DNA from: Dudresnaya verticillata
Lineage: Eukaryota
Length of the DNA stretch: 64,000 bases
NCBI GenBank assembly: GCA_977862235.1
Contig: OZ374562.1
Coordinates: 2,418,001-2,482,000 of the forward strand
Reading direction: 5' to 3'
Shown: positions 44,001-58,600 of the stretch, piece after piece
How positions within the stretch are numbered: position 1 is the stretch's first letter
How the letters are laid out: the number at the start of each line of letters is the position of its first letter
Notes under the pieces: generated by a model
What the model was told of the DNA's origin: nothing
What the model saw: the letters and a program-made list of their open reading frames with translations, nothing else
Database searches by the model: none
Program-made: the position numbers and the translations under genes

Positions 44001-45380
44001 AACAGCTACAGACTTGATTTGTTTTTATGTAAGAGGCCGGCAATGTAACAGACAATGCACACTCCACTTTTCATGAAGTGCATACATCGAGTGAAACTGT
44101 TTACGACCATTACCACACATCCTGGACGTTAGCAATTTTGGCGCTCTGTACGGATTCCTGACCACAAGGCAGGAGCGCATCATAACTGCTCTAGCGTTCT
44201 AGTATGGATCTAGCCGTTCAGCAGATCTAGCGCTGTCTCCGATGGCGCGGAAGACATAAGAGATTTCTCCGAGACACTACTGTATATTGAGTTTCCGAAG
44301 CGCATTCGAGAAAGGCCTTGCTGGGAACGGCGGCCGCATCGCGATGGTGCTGTGCTACGTATTTCGTTCCATGGCTATGCTTTTCTTCCGTCGTGGAGAT
44401 AGCGTGGCTTACTTGTGACCTTGACTTTGAGTAGTTAACAGCTGGTGCATACAACACTTGAATGCAATGAGGGTATCGCCATGCAATGGTGCTAATTCAA
44501 TTGCCAGTGTAGCAAACGGAAGCACACGCTTCACGGTCGCACTACACGAACGGCTGAGAACCGCGAACAACAGAGGTAGTGTTCAGACACTCCAGACCCT
44601 CCATTCGCACTATGACGGCTGCTTCCATAACGGCATGTCACATTGTCTACATATTGAATGCGGTTGTGTGCCCTGTTGCGAAGATTCGAGTCCGCTTCCG
44701 CACTGCAGTTGTTCCATCCATCCAGAACCTATATTTTATGTTAGCTATCTGTTATCCACATACTCAGCCCCAGACCCCAAACAGTATACCTCTATGTTGA
44801 CAATACCTAGAGTCTGTAGTATAGCTATGCTTCTAGCTCTATACATAGAGTGTGCATGCCACGGAACTCGAACCGCTTTGTTAAATATTCTACGCTACAG
44901 CAGTAGCACTGAAACGGTTTCCGACCTCTTATTCTGCCGAACAAGGTCGAGACTACTTTGCCCGCACACATGCGCAGTTGCAACAGTTTCAACACCTATC
45001 TTTTAATGCAATGCCAACATGGTGTTAGACAAAGCGTTCTGCATCGAATGCGTCCTTCTGCATCTACAGGATGCAATCCTGCAAGCCGACGCTGCGAACT
45101 TTACCATCTACACATCCTTCAACTTTATTTTTCCAGTCATGACCGGCCGCAGTTCTCTCACGCAGTTCTCTCACACCGAATTGGTAGAACAAAGTTCCTT
45201 CCGTTCCGTACTTAAAGCCCTTAACGTCTCAATCGCAGTCCAAAATATTCCCACCCACCACACCCCCATCGCATCACATCTACCTGTTATTACAGGTACA
45301 AACGTAGTCAAAAGAACTGCACAGGTAGGTACCCTGCCCCTTCATCAACTCTCCGTCGCCTACCAACTCAACAGCTCAAT

Positions 45381-45908
45381 ATGTTTACTCGATTTGTCCT
45401 TTTTGTGGCACTCGTGCTCCCGTATTTATGCTCTGCTGTCAGGTGCCCTCTCCGTGGTGTCTGTGTGCCGGATTATATTTGCCGTATCCAAGGCCGTCGG
45501 CCCTTGCACGGGAATTATTGTGGGCATCAGAGAGGCGTTGAATGCTGCCCCTACTTCAGGTACCGGTTTTGCTCTGTCGATCGAGGGCGTTTTCTCGACC
45601 GTGCACAAGGGGTTTGCCAACCTAGCTCTACATGCCGCGGAAAAGGTGCATACTCCGTCGAGACGTCACAATGCAGTTCTGGTCACTTTATTACATGCTG
45701 TGTTGGCTCCTCCATACTGCCATATCTACCTGGCCCTTCCAGTGATCCACGGTATCCATACAGAAAGGCTGTTTCTGCGACTCGTACAGGGACGTCCAAG
45801 GGGTCAGTGAGAGCACTTACTACGGCCGCCACGGAGACCACCACGAAGACTTTGGAAGACACCTCTGTGGGATTGGAAAGGCGTACCAAGGATACCATCC
45901 AGCACTAG
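45381..45908 (+). CDS. Secreted double 6-Cys module protein (copy 5)
   Basis: Translation identical to copy 1. Confidence 0.8.
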   Translation: MFTRFVLFVALVLPYLCSAVRCPLRGVCVPDYICRIQGRRPLHGNYCGHQRGVECCPYFRYRFCSVDRGRFLDRAQGVCQPSSTCRGKGAYSVETSQCSSGHFITCCVGSSILPYLPGPSSDPRYPYRKAVSATRTGTSKGSVRALTTAATETTTKTLEDTSVGLERRTKDTIQH

Positions 45909-48900
45909 AAGTGTACAGAGAGATCTCCTTTGCAGCCTACCAAAATGTCAAGGTTTCAGAAGGTACTGTTTGTGAGGCGGTTGAGAGTGAAGTCATAGAA
46001 GGTATGAATTTTGTATCGTCCATGTCTGTCAATGTTGGTAAGTATGTGGGCAGCATAGTGTGAAGATTTTTTGTTGTATCTTATCGCTTTTGGTCGTCGC
46101 TGTTATAGCTGTGGCTGCGAAGCAAGTGTGATTATGTTGTTATGTTATTGTGGGATCCCAGTTATTGTTGGAGCCATCGAAAGTAGTTTAGCAGCACGAG
46201 AGGTTGAAGTAAATGTCGCCATGTAGATGCTTCTGTCAATACCCAATTCCATCGGTGTTCATAACAATCGGGCCTGAGAGCGCACAAATCGGTGCCTTTT
46301 TTTCGACGACCAAGTCTAAGGCAGGGAATGGGTGACATTAAACAATTATCTGCAAAAGTAGTTCGTGTCTCTCTAACAATGAGTTGGCTTGACTGAACAA
46401 AAGGGAACCCCGAAAGCATCTACTCCGTGTCTCCATACTTTGAAGACAACAGAAAGATCTATCCAGGCTTCAGGCTCCGGGCTGCCCCTCCGGGCTGTAG
46501 GAAGAGCCTGGTCATCAGGGAGAATTCAGTAATGTTCTCTATATTTTTCCTCATAGTTCGTTAGTGTTACAGTGCGTCGCCGTCTCAGTTAACAGGCGTA
46601 AGCTTGTTGACCGCCGTGTTAGAAACAGTGCATATTAAGTCCCCTTAAGGGGCTTACTCTCCAATTTGAGAATAAAGGGATGCTTGCTCATAGCGATGCT
46701 GCGGTATAGCAAGGCGTAAAGGAGATTGGCAACATAATTATACTTATTCAACAAATGCATTCATGATCATCACAACTTTATTGAAGCAAGACGAAGCTGC
46801 TTTGAACACTGAAATCCAGTGCTATCCCTTGCAGGAAATATTTCATATGAAAGAAGAGCAGCAGAAGTCCTGCCGCATAGCCACATGCATAATAAAACAC
46901 TCCTAACCCTGCGGCCAACACGCTTACGCCTGCTATTTGTGTTGAATACTGTCTTACTACATCACTCGTGGACGACATCACTTGGTGTAATCGCACTAAC
47001 CTCAGCAAGTGTTTATCCGCCAAGTTGCATAAGTGGACGTGTTGAGAAAGAAAGTGAGCTGTGTAGCGTCAACCAATTTTGCGGATGAGGTAAGCAAACA
47101 TTGAGGTGGATGCTGAATTCATCTTGTGTGATTGTTAATCGTTTTGTTTAGATGTATTACTTGAGGTCTATGGTCTCCACACTCTATTAGGAACAGACCT
47201 GCCTTTAGCATGTCGTGGTTTAGCAATGACTACGAAGCAGTACAAGTACTCTACCGGATCTCGGGTTTGATACCAGGACACTACGCTTTGAGAACAACTA
47301 TCACCATATCCAACACCCACGAAGAAGAAAAAAGAACTGTTCTCAGCCTACATATACGTGTGACCTGCAGCTTTTGAACAGAACTGTAACAGCGGGCCTC
47401 TACATATAGCAATACAAAGTAAAGGATGGGTCTTAAACGAGAAACTAATATTGCTCTCCAGCTGCCTTAACGCAGTACGAAGCATTCTGTCCCCGCGCTG
47501 CAATAATCACTTCGATGACATTAATACCACATAAAGCATTGTCGGGGGATGGATTACATCCCTTAAGAGTAGGAAAACAACTTATTGAATCCGGAAAGGA
47601 TAGGGTATCGTCTACAGTCGCAACACTCGTACCTTTACAACCTTTTCTTCCGAGAGTTGAACGTATCGTTACATCAGGCTAATTCTGTTATTGTGAAATA
47701 GAACCAACCCCTTATGAATATGGGCATGTAGCAGACCGGGATAAAGATCTCGCGATATTTGCACCTTCGCGGATTCGGTCCAAAATGATTTGAAGGCACA
47801 GCAATCATAGCAATACTGTATGGACGTTTTCGTTGATGTCCTTCGCAGCGTGGCTTCGCACCAACTGCTCAAGCGTTTGATGTCTCGGTTGTAACTCCGC
47901 ACTCTTCCTCTTCTCGTGCTCTGCCTCGAGCCCATCTTGCGATTCAATCTCGTGAAAAGGAAAAAGTCCGCCACTATCGTAGGCTCTGCGAAAACAACCA
48001 TTTCCAGTCGATTTCGAACTACATCCCATGGCTATGGACATCTATGGCTCCATCGGCCATGGCTTTGATCGCGGTGCGCAACTGTACACAATCTGCTCTC
48101 AACACAATCTTGCGAGTATCGCAAGTGATGCTTGCGGGTGTAATGTGTAAGCCCCTCCCTTTTGTGTCATTATGGTCATCTTAAAGGGAGAAGCGTTTTA
48201 TCCGGGTCCGAGTTGCTCACCGCAACAATCACAGCCCGTTTCCCTTTCGTCCGGGCGTCTTCCTGAAGTATGAGAACATGAAACCATGCTGCATACGGAC
48301 AAATTCTGTGGGTTACAACAGGGTCCGATCCATATAATTGTCGCCTGTGGAGAAAGAAAAAGGGCAAGCAATAAGGAATCCTAAAAGCAAAGGTAACACC
48401 CCGTGTGCAATAGAATGTATCTAGTAATAGAATACAATTCGACTATCTTGTCCGGTAAGCCCATTGCACTCTAAAGCAGTTGTGCAGTAGCTAGTGATAC
48501 TTAACAAAACTTGCTTGGCTGCTATGGACCGAGTATAACTTCACTATAGGTTTTGTGAGGCAATAAGGGTAGCCCCGTTTTCATCCGTGGAAACGTTTGT
48601 CGAGCCCTGACGAGAAGTGCCATCGAATACCTTAATATTTGTCGCTATGCTGCTGTTGTGCTATGCCTTCTCTTTCCACAGTACTGCAGTTCACAGTACA
48701 GTACCCAAATTCCCAATCCCGACTTTATAGTGCGCTTCATCGGCTCATCGTAGTCGAAGGTTCAAAGCTCCCTCAACCACACACGCCGAGTCGGGTTTCT
48801 AATCCACACAACAAGAACACATGGTGAATATTCCGCTCCCAACACATTGCCTTGTTGTTCAGTCTTCACGTTTGCAGACAAACCTAATGTAACAGCTACA

Positions 48901-50270
48901 GACTTGATTTGTTTTTATGTAAGAGGCCGGCAATGTAACAGACAATGCACACTCCACTTTTCATGAAGTGCATACATCGAGTGAAACTGTTTACGACCAT
49001 TACCACACATCCTGGACGTTAGCAATTTTGGCGCTCTGTACGGATTCCTGACCACAAGGCAGGAGCGCATCATAACTGCTCTAGCGTTCTAGTATGGATC
49101 TAGCCGTTCAGCAGATCTAGCGCTGTCTCCGATGGCGCGGAAGACATAAGAGATTTCTCCGAGACACTACTGTATATTGAGTTTCCGAAGCGCATTCGAG
49201 AAAGGCCTTGCTGGGAACGGCGGCCGCATCGCGATGGTGCTGTGCTACGTATTTCGTTCCATGGCTATGCTTTTCTTCCGTCGTGGAGATAGCGTGGCTT
49301 ACTTGTGACCTTGACTTTGAGTAGTTAACAGCTGGTGCATACAACACTTGAATGCAATGAGGGTATCGCCATGCAATGGTGCTAATTCAATTGCCAGTGT
49401 AGCAAACGGAAGCACACGCTTCACGGTCGCACTACACGAACGGCTGAGAACCGCGAACAACAGAGGTAGTGTTCAGACACTCCAGACCCTCCATTCGCAC
49501 TATGACGGCTGCTTCCATAACGGCATGTCACATTGTCTACATATTGAATGCGGTTGTGTGCCCTGTTGCGAAGATTCGAGTCCGCTTCCGCACTGCAGTT
49601 GTTCCATCCATCCAGAACCTATATTTTATGTTAGCTATCTGTTATCCACATACTCAGCCCCAGACCCCAAACAGTATACCTCTATGTTGACAATACCTAG
49701 AGTCTGTAGTATAGCTATGCTTCTAGCTCTATACATAGAGTGTGCATGCCACGGAACTCGAACCGCTTTGTTAAATATTCTACGCTACAGCAGTAGCACT
49801 GAAACGGTTTCCGACCTCTTATTCTGCCGAACAAGGTCGAGACTACTTTGCCCGCACACATGCGCAGTTGCAACAGTTTCAACACCTATCTTTTAATGCA
49901 ATGCCAACATGGTGTTAGACAAAGCGTTCTGCATCGAATGCGTCCTTCTGCATCTACAGGATGCAATCCTGCAAGCCGACGCTGCGAACTTTACCATCTA
50001 CACATCCTTCAACTTTATTTTTCCAGTCATGACCGGCCGCAGTTCTCTCACGCAGTTCTCTCACACCGAATTGGTAGAACAAAGTTCCTTCCGTTCCGTA
50101 CTTAAAGCCCTTAACGTCTCAATCGCAGTCCAAAATATTCCCACCCACCACACCCCCATCGCATCACATCTACCTGTTATTACAGGTACAAACGTAGTCA
50201 AAAGAACTGCACAGGTAGGTACCCTGCCCCTTCATCAACTCTCCGTCGCCTACCAACTCAACAGCTCAAT

Positions 50271-50798
50271 ATGTTTACTCGATTTGTCCTTTTTGTGGCA
50301 CTCGTGCTCCCGTATTTATGCTCTGCTGTCAGGTGCCCTCTCCGTGGTGTCTGTGTGCCGGATTATATTTGCCGTATCCAAGGCCGTCGGCCCTTGCACG
50401 GGAATTATTGTGGGCATCAGAGAGGCGTTGAATGCTGCCCCTACTTCAGGTACCGGTTTTGCTCTGTCGATCGAGGGCGTTTTCTCGACCGTGCACAAGG
50501 GGTTTGCCAACCTAGCTCTACATGCCGCGGAAAAGGTGCATACTCCGTCGAGACGTCACAATGCAGTTCTGGTCACTTTATTACATGCTGTGTTGGCTCC
50601 TCCATACTGCCATATCTACCTGGCCCTTCCAGTGATCCACGGTATCCATACAGAAAGGCTGTTTCTGCGACTCGTACAGGGACGTCCAAGGGGTCAGTGA
50701 GAGCACTTACTACGGCCGCCACGGAGACCACCACGAAGACTTTGGAAGACACCTCTGTGGGATTGGAAAGGCGTACCAAGGATACCATCCAGCACTAG
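50271..50798 (+). CDS. Secreted double 6-Cys module protein (copy 6)
   Basis: Translation identical to copy 1. Confidence 0.8.
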   Translation: MFTRFVLFVALVLPYLCSAVRCPLRGVCVPDYICRIQGRRPLHGNYCGHQRGVECCPYFRYRFCSVDRGRFLDRAQGVCQPSSTCRGKGAYSVETSQCSSGHFITCCVGSSILPYLPGPSSDPRYPYRKAVSATRTGTSKGSVRALTTAATETTTKTLEDTSVGLERRTKDTIQH

Positions 50799-53700
50799 AA
50801 GTGTACAGAGAGATCTCCTTTGCAGCCTACCAAAATGTCAAGGTTTCAGAAGGTACTGTTTGTGAGGCGGTTGAGAGTGAAGTCATAGAAGGTATGAATT
50901 TTGTATCGTCCATGTCTGTCAATGTTGGTAAGTATGTGGGCAGCATAGTGTGAAGATTTTTTGTTGTATCTTATCGCTTTTGGTCGTCGCTGTTATAGCT
51001 GTGGCTGCGAAGCAAGTGTGATTATGTTGTTATGTTATTGTGGGATCCCAGTTATTGTTGGAGCCATCGAAAGTAGTTTAGCAGCACGAGAGGTTGAAGT
51101 AAATGTCGCCATGTAGATGCTTCTGTCAATACCCAATTCCATCGGTGTTCATAACAATCGGGCCTGAGAGCGCACAAATCGGTGCCTTTTTTTCGACGAC
51201 CAAGTCTAAGGCAGGGAATGGGTGACATTAAACAATTATCTGCAAAAGTAGTTCGTGTCTCTCTAACAATGAGTTGGCTTGACTGAACAAAAGGGAACCC
51301 CGAAAGCATCTACTCCGTGTCTCCATACTTTGAAGACAACAGAAAGATCTATCCAGGCTTCAGGCTCCGGGCTGCCCCTCCGGGCTGTAGGAAGAGCCTG
51401 GTCATCAGGGAGAATTCAGTAATGTTCTCTATATTTTTCCTCATAGTTCGTTAGTGTTACAGTGCGTCGCCGTCTCAGTTAACAGGCGTAAGCTTGTTGA
51501 CCGCCGTGTTAGAAACAGTGCATATTAAGTCCCCTTAAGGGGCTTACTCTCCAATTTGAGAATAAAGGGATGCTTGCTCATAGCGATGCTGCGGTATAGC
51601 AAGGCGTAAAGGAGATTGGCAACATAATTATACTTATTCAACAAATGCATTCATGATCATCACAACTTTATTGAAGCAAGACGAAGCTGCTTTGAACACT
51701 GAAATCCAGTGCTATCCCTTGCAGGAAATATTTCATATGAAAGAAGAGCAGCAGAAGTCCTGCCGCATAGCCACATGCATAATAAAACACTCCTAACCCT
51801 GCGGCCAACACGCTTACGCCTGCTATTTGTGTTGAATACTGTCTTACTACATCACTCGTGGACGACATCACTTGGTGTAATCGCACTAACCTCAGCAAGT
51901 GTTTATCCGCCAAGTTGCATAAGTGGACGTGTTGAGAAAGAAAGTGAGCTGTGTAGCGTCAACCAATTTTGCGGATGAGGTAAGCAAACATTGAGGTGGA
52001 TGCTGAATTCATCTTGTGTGATTGTTAATCGTTTTGTTTAGATGTATTACTTGAGGTCTATGGTCTCCACACTCTATTAGGAACAGACCTGCCTTTAGCA
52101 TGTCGTGGTTTAGCAATGACTACGAAGCAGTACAAGTACTCTACCGGATCTCGGGTTTGATACCAGGACACTACGCTTTGAGAACAACTATCACCATATC
52201 CAACACCCACGAAGAAGAAAAAAGAACTGTTCTCAGCCTACATATACGTGTGACCTGCAGCTTTTGAACAGAACTGTAACAGCGGGCCTCTACATATAGC
52301 AATACAAAGTAAAGGATGGGTCTTAAACGAGAAACTAATATTGCTCTCCAGCTGCCTTAACGCAGTACGAAGCATTCTGTCCCCGCGCTGCAATAATCAC
52401 TTCGATGACATTAATACCACATAAAGCATTGTCGGGGGATGGATTACATCCCTTAAGAGTAGGAAAACAACTTATTGAATCCGGAAAGGATAGGGTATCG
52501 TCTACAGTCGCAACACTCGTACCTTTACAACCTTTTCTTCCGAGAGTTGAACGTATCGTTACATCAGGCTAATTCTGTTATTGTGAAATAGAACCAACCC
52601 CTTATGAATATGGGCATGTAGCAGACCGGGATAAAGATCTCGCGATATTTGCACCTTCGCGGATTCGGTCCAAAATGATTTGAAGGCACAGCAATCATAG
52701 CAATACTGTATGGACGTTTTCGTTGATGTCCTTCGCAGCGTGGCTTCGCACCAACTGCTCAAGCGTTTGATGTCTCGGTTGTAACTCCGCACTCTTCCTC
52801 TTCTCGTGCTCTGCCTCGAGCCCATCTTGCGATTCAATCTCGTGAAAAGGAAAAAGTCCGCCACTATCGTAGGCTCTGCGAAAACAACCATTTCCAGTCG
52901 ATTTCGAACTACATCCCATGGCTATGGACATCTATGGCTCCATCGGCCATGGCTTTGATCGCGGTGCGCAACTGTACACAATCTGCTCTCAACACAATCT
53001 TGCGAGTATCGCAAGTGATGCTTGCGGGTGTAATGTGTAAGCCCCTCCCTTTTGTGTCATTATGGTCATCTTAAAGGGAGAAGCGTTTTATCCGGGTCCG
53101 AGTTGCTCACCGCAACAATCACAGCCCGTTTCCCTTTCGTCCGGGCGTCTTCCTGAAGTATGAGAACATGAAACCATGCTGCATACGGACAAATTCTGTG
53201 GGTTACAACAGGGTCCGATCCATATAATTGTCGCCTGTGGAGAAAGAAAAAGGGCAAGCAATAAGGAATCCTAAAAGCAAAGGTAACACCCCGTGTGCAA
53301 TAGAATGTATCTAGTAATAGAATACAATTCGACTATCTTGTCCGGTAAGCCCATTGCACTCTAAAGCAGTTGTGCAGTAGCTAGTGATACTTAACAAAAC
53401 TTGCTTGGCTGCTATGGACCGAGTATAACTTCACTATAGGTTTTGTGAGGCAATAAGGGTAGCCCCGTTTTCATCCGTGGAAACGTTTGTCGAGCCCTGA
53501 CGAGAAGTGCCATCGAATACCTTAATATTTGTCGCTATGCTGCTGTTGTGCTATGCCTTCTCTTTCCACAGTACTGCAGTTCACAGTACAGTACCCAAAT
53601 TCCCAATCCCGACTTTATAGTGCGCTTCATCGGCTCATCGTAGTCGAAGGTTCAAAGCTCCCTCAACCACACACGCCGAGTCGGGTTTCTAATCCACACA

Positions 53701-55160
53701 ACAAGAACACATGGTGAATATTCCGCTCCCAACACATTGCCTTGTTGTTCAGTCTTCACGTTTGCAGACAAACCTAATGTAACAGCTACAGACTTGATTT
53801 GTTTTTATGTAAGAGGCCGGCAATGTAACAGACAATGCACACTCCACTTTTCATGAAGTGCATACATCGAGTGAAACTGTTTACGACCATTACCACACAT
53901 CCTGGACGTTAGCAATTTTGGCGCTCTGTACGGATTCCTGACCACAAGGCAGGAGCGCATCATAACTGCTCTAGCGTTCTAGTATGGATCTAGCCGTTCA
54001 GCAGATCTAGCGCTGTCTCCGATGGCGCGGAAGACATAAGAGATTTCTCCGAGACACTACTGTATATTGAGTTTCCGAAGCGCATTCGAGAAAGGCCTTG
54101 CTGGGAACGGCGGCCGCATCGCGATGGTGCTGTGCTACGTATTTCGTTCCATGGCTATGCTTTTCTTCCGTCGTGGAGATAGCGTGGCTTACTTGTGACC
54201 TTGACTTTGAGTAGTTAACAGCTGGTGCATACAACACTTGAATGCAATGAGGGTATCGCCATGCAATGGTGCTAATTCAATTGCCAGTGTAGCAAACGGA
54301 AGCACACGCTTCACGGTCGCACTACACGAACGGCTGAGAACCGCGAACAACAGAGGTAGTGTTCAGACACTCCAGACCCTCCATTCGCACTATGACGGCT
54401 GCTTCCATAACGGCATGTCACATTGTCTACATATTGAATGCGGTTGTGTGCCCTGTTGCGAAGATTCGAGTCCGCTTCCGCACTGCAGTTGTTCCATCCA
54501 TCCAGAACCTATATTTTATGTTAGCTATCTGTTATCCACATACTCAGCCCCAGACCCCAAACAGTATACCTCTATGTTGACAATACCTAGAGTCTGTAGT
54601 ATAGCTATGCTTCTAGCTCTATACATAGAGTGTGCATGCCACGGAACTCGAACCGCTTTGTTAAATATTCTACGCTACAGCAGTAGCACTGAAACGGTTT
54701 CCGACCTCTTATTCTGCCGAACAAGGTCGAGACTACTTTGCCCGCACACATGCGCAGTTGCAACAGTTTCAACACCTATCTTTTAATGCAATGCCAACAT
54801 GGTGTTAGACAAAGCGTTCTGCATCGAATGCGTCCTTCTGCATCTACAGGATGCAATCCTGCAAGCCGACGCTGCGAACTTTACCATCTACACATCCTTC
54901 AACTTTATTTTTCCAGTCATGACCGGCCGCAGTTCTCTCACGCAGTTCTCTCACACCGAATTGGTAGAACAAAGTTCCTTCCGTTCCGTACTTAAAGCCC
55001 TTAACGTCTCAATCGCAGTCCAAAATATTCCCACCCACCACACCCCCATCGCATCACATCTACCTGTTATTACAGGTACAAACGTAGTCAAAAGAACTGC
55101 ACAGGTAGGTACCCTGCCCCTTCATCAACTCTCCGTCGCCTACCAACTCAACAGCTCAAT

Positions 55161-55688
55161 ATGTTTACTCGATTTGTCCTTTTTGTGGCACTCGTGCTCC
55201 CGTATTTATGCTCTGCTGTCAGGTGCCCTCTCCGTGGTGTCTGTGTGCCGGATTATATTTGCCGTATCCAAGGCCGTCGGCCCTTGCACGGGAATTATTG
55301 TGGGCATCAGAGAGGCGTTGAATGCTGCCCCTACTTCAGGTACCGGTTTTGCTCTGTCGATCGAGGGCGTTTTCTCGACCGTGCACAAGGGGTTTGCCAA
55401 CCTAGCTCTACATGCCGCGGAAAAGGTGCATACTCCGTCGAGACGTCACAATGCAGTTCTGGTCACTTTATTACATGCTGTGTTGGCTCCTCCATACTGC
55501 CATATCTACCTGGCCCTTCCAGTGATCCACGGTATCCATACAGAAAGGCTGTTTCTGCGACTCGTACAGGGACGTCCAAGGGGTCAGTGAGAGCACTTAC
55601 TACGGCCGCCACGGAGACCACCACGAAGACTTTGGAAGACACCTCTGTGGGATTGGAAAGGCGTACCAAGGATACCATCCAGCACTAG
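55161..55688 (+). CDS. Secreted double 6-Cys module protein (copy 7)
   Basis: Translation identical to copy 1. Confidence 0.8.
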   Translation: MFTRFVLFVALVLPYLCSAVRCPLRGVCVPDYICRIQGRRPLHGNYCGHQRGVECCPYFRYRFCSVDRGRFLDRAQGVCQPSSTCRGKGAYSVETSQCSSGHFITCCVGSSILPYLPGPSSDPRYPYRKAVSATRTGTSKGSVRALTTAATETTTKTLEDTSVGLERRTKDTIQH

Positions 55689-58600
55689 AAGTGTACAGAG
55701 AGATCTCCTTTGCAGCCTACCAAAATGTCAAGGTTTCAGAAGGTACTGTTTGTGAGGCGGTTGAGAGTGAAGTCATAGAAGGTATGAATTTTGTATCGTC
55801 CATGTCTGTCAATGTTGGTAAGTATGTGGGCAGCATAGTGTGAAGATTTTTTGTTGTATCTTATCGCTTTTGGTCGTCGCTGTTATAGCTGTGGCTGCGA
55901 AGCAAGTGTGATTATGTTGTTATGTTATTGTGGGATCCCAGTTATTGTTGGAGCCATCGAAAGTAGTTTAGCAGCACGAGAGGTTGAAGTAAATGTCGCC
56001 ATGTAGATGCTTCTGTCAATACCCAATTCCATCGGTGTTCATAACAATCGGGCCTGAGAGCGCACAAATCGGTGCCTTTTTTTCGACGACCAAGTCTAAG
56101 GCAGGGAATGGGTGACATTAAACAATTATCTGCAAAAGTAGTTCGTGTCTCTCTAACAATGAGTTGGCTTGACTGAACAAAAGGGAACCCCGAAAGCATC
56201 TACTCCGTGTCTCCATACTTTGAAGACAACAGAAAGATCTATCCAGGCTTCAGGCTCCGGGCTGCCCCTCCGGGCTGTAGGAAGAGCCTGGTCATCAGGG
56301 AGAATTCAGTAATGTTCTCTATATTTTTCCTCATAGTTCGTTAGTGTTACAGTGCGTCGCCGTCTCAGTTAACAGGCGTAAGCTTGTTGACCGCCGTGTT
56401 AGAAACAGTGCATATTAAGTCCCCTTAAGGGGCTTACTCTCCAATTTGAGAATAAAGGGATGCTTGCTCATAGCGATGCTGCGGTATAGCAAGGCGTAAA
56501 GGAGATTGGCAACATAATTATACTTATTCAACAAATGCATTCATGATCATCACAACTTTATTGAAGCAAGACGAAGCTGCTTTGAACACTGAAATCCAGT
56601 GCTATCCCTTGCAGGAAATATTTCATATGAAAGAAGAGCAGCAGAAGTCCTGCCGCATAGCCACATGCATAATAAAACACTCCTAACCCTGCGGCCAACA
56701 CGCTTACGCCTGCTATTTGTGTTGAATACTGTCTTACTACATCACTCGTGGACGACATCACTTGGTGTAATCGCACTAACCTCAGCAAGTGTTTATCCGC
56801 CAAGTTGCATAAGTGGACGTGTTGAGAAAGAAAGTGAGCTGTGTAGCGTCAACCAATTTTGCGGATGAGGTAAGCAAACATTGAGGTGGATGCTGAATTC
56901 ATCTTGTGTGATTGTTAATCGTTTTGTTTAGATGTATTACTTGAGGTCTATGGTCTCCACACTCTATTAGGAACAGACCTGCCTTTAGCATGTCGTGGTT
57001 TAGCAATGACTACGAAGCAGTACAAGTACTCTACCGGATCTCGGGTTTGATACCAGGACACTACGCTTTGAGAACAACTATCACCATATCCAACACCCAC
57101 GAAGAAGAAAAAAGAACTGTTCTCAGCCTACATATACGTGTGACCTGCAGCTTTTGAACAGAACTGTAACAGCGGGCCTCTACATATAGCAATACAAAGT
57201 AAAGGATGGGTCTTAAACGAGAAACTAATATTGCTCTCCAGCTGCCTTAACGCAGTACGAAGCATTCTGTCCCCGCGCTGCAATAATCACTTCGATGACA
57301 TTAATACCACATAAAGCATTGTCGGGGGATGGATTACATCCCTTAAGAGTAGGAAAACAACTTATTGAATCCGGAAAGGATAGGGTATCGTCTACAGTCG
57401 CAACACTCGTACCTTTACAACCTTTTCTTCCGAGAGTTGAACGTATCGTTACATCAGGCTAATTCTGTTATTGTGAAATAGAACCAACCCCTTATGAATA
57501 TGGGCATGTAGCAGACCGGGATAAAGATCTCGCGATATTTGCACCTTCGCGGATTCGGTCCAAAATGATTTGAAGGCACAGCAATCATAGCAATACTGTA
57601 TGGACGTTTTCGTTGATGTCCTTCGCAGCGTGGCTTCGCACCAACTGCTCAAGCGTTTGATGTCTCGGTTGTAACTCCGCACTCTTCCTCTTCTCGTGCT
57701 CTGCCTCGAGCCCATCTTGCGATTCAATCTCGTGAAAAGGAAAAAGTCCGCCACTATCGTAGGCTCTGCGAAAACAACCATTTCCAGTCGATTTCGAACT
57801 ACATCCCATGGCTATGGACATCTATGGCTCCATCGGCCATGGCTTTGATCGCGGTGCGCAACTGTACACAATCTGCTCTCAACACAATCTTGCGAGTATC
57901 GCAAGTGATGCTTGCGGGTGTAATGTGTAAGCCCCTCCCTTTTGTGTCATTATGGTCATCTTAAAGGGAGAAGCGTTTTATCCGGGTCCGAGTTGCTCAC
58001 CGCAACAATCACAGCCCGTTTCCCTTTCGTCCGGGCGTCTTCCTGAAGTATGAGAACATGAAACCATGCTGCATACGGACAAATTCTGTGGGTTACAACA
58101 GGGTCCGATCCATATAATTGTCGCCTGTGGAGAAAGAAAAAGGGCAAGCAATAAGGAATCCTAAAAGCAAAGGTAACACCCCGTGTGCAATAGAATGTAT
58201 CTAGTAATAGAATACAATTCGACTATCTTGTCCGGTAAGCCCATTGCACTCTAAAGCAGTTGTGCAGTAGCTAGTGATACTTAACAAAACTTGCTTGGCT
58301 GCTATGGACCGAGTATAACTTCACTATAGGTTTTGTGAGGCAATAAGGGTAGCCCCGTTTTCATCCGTGGAAACGTTTGTCGAGCCCTGACGAGAAGTGC
58401 CATCGAATACCTTAATATTTGTCGCTATGCTGCTGTTGTGCTATGCCTTCTCTTTCCACAGTACTGCAGTTCACAGTACAGTACCCAAATTCCCAATCCC
58501 GACTTTATAGTGCGCTTCATCGGCTCATCGTAGTCGAAGGTTCAAAGCTCCCTCAACCACACACGCCGAGTCGGGTTTCTAATCCACACAACAAGAACAC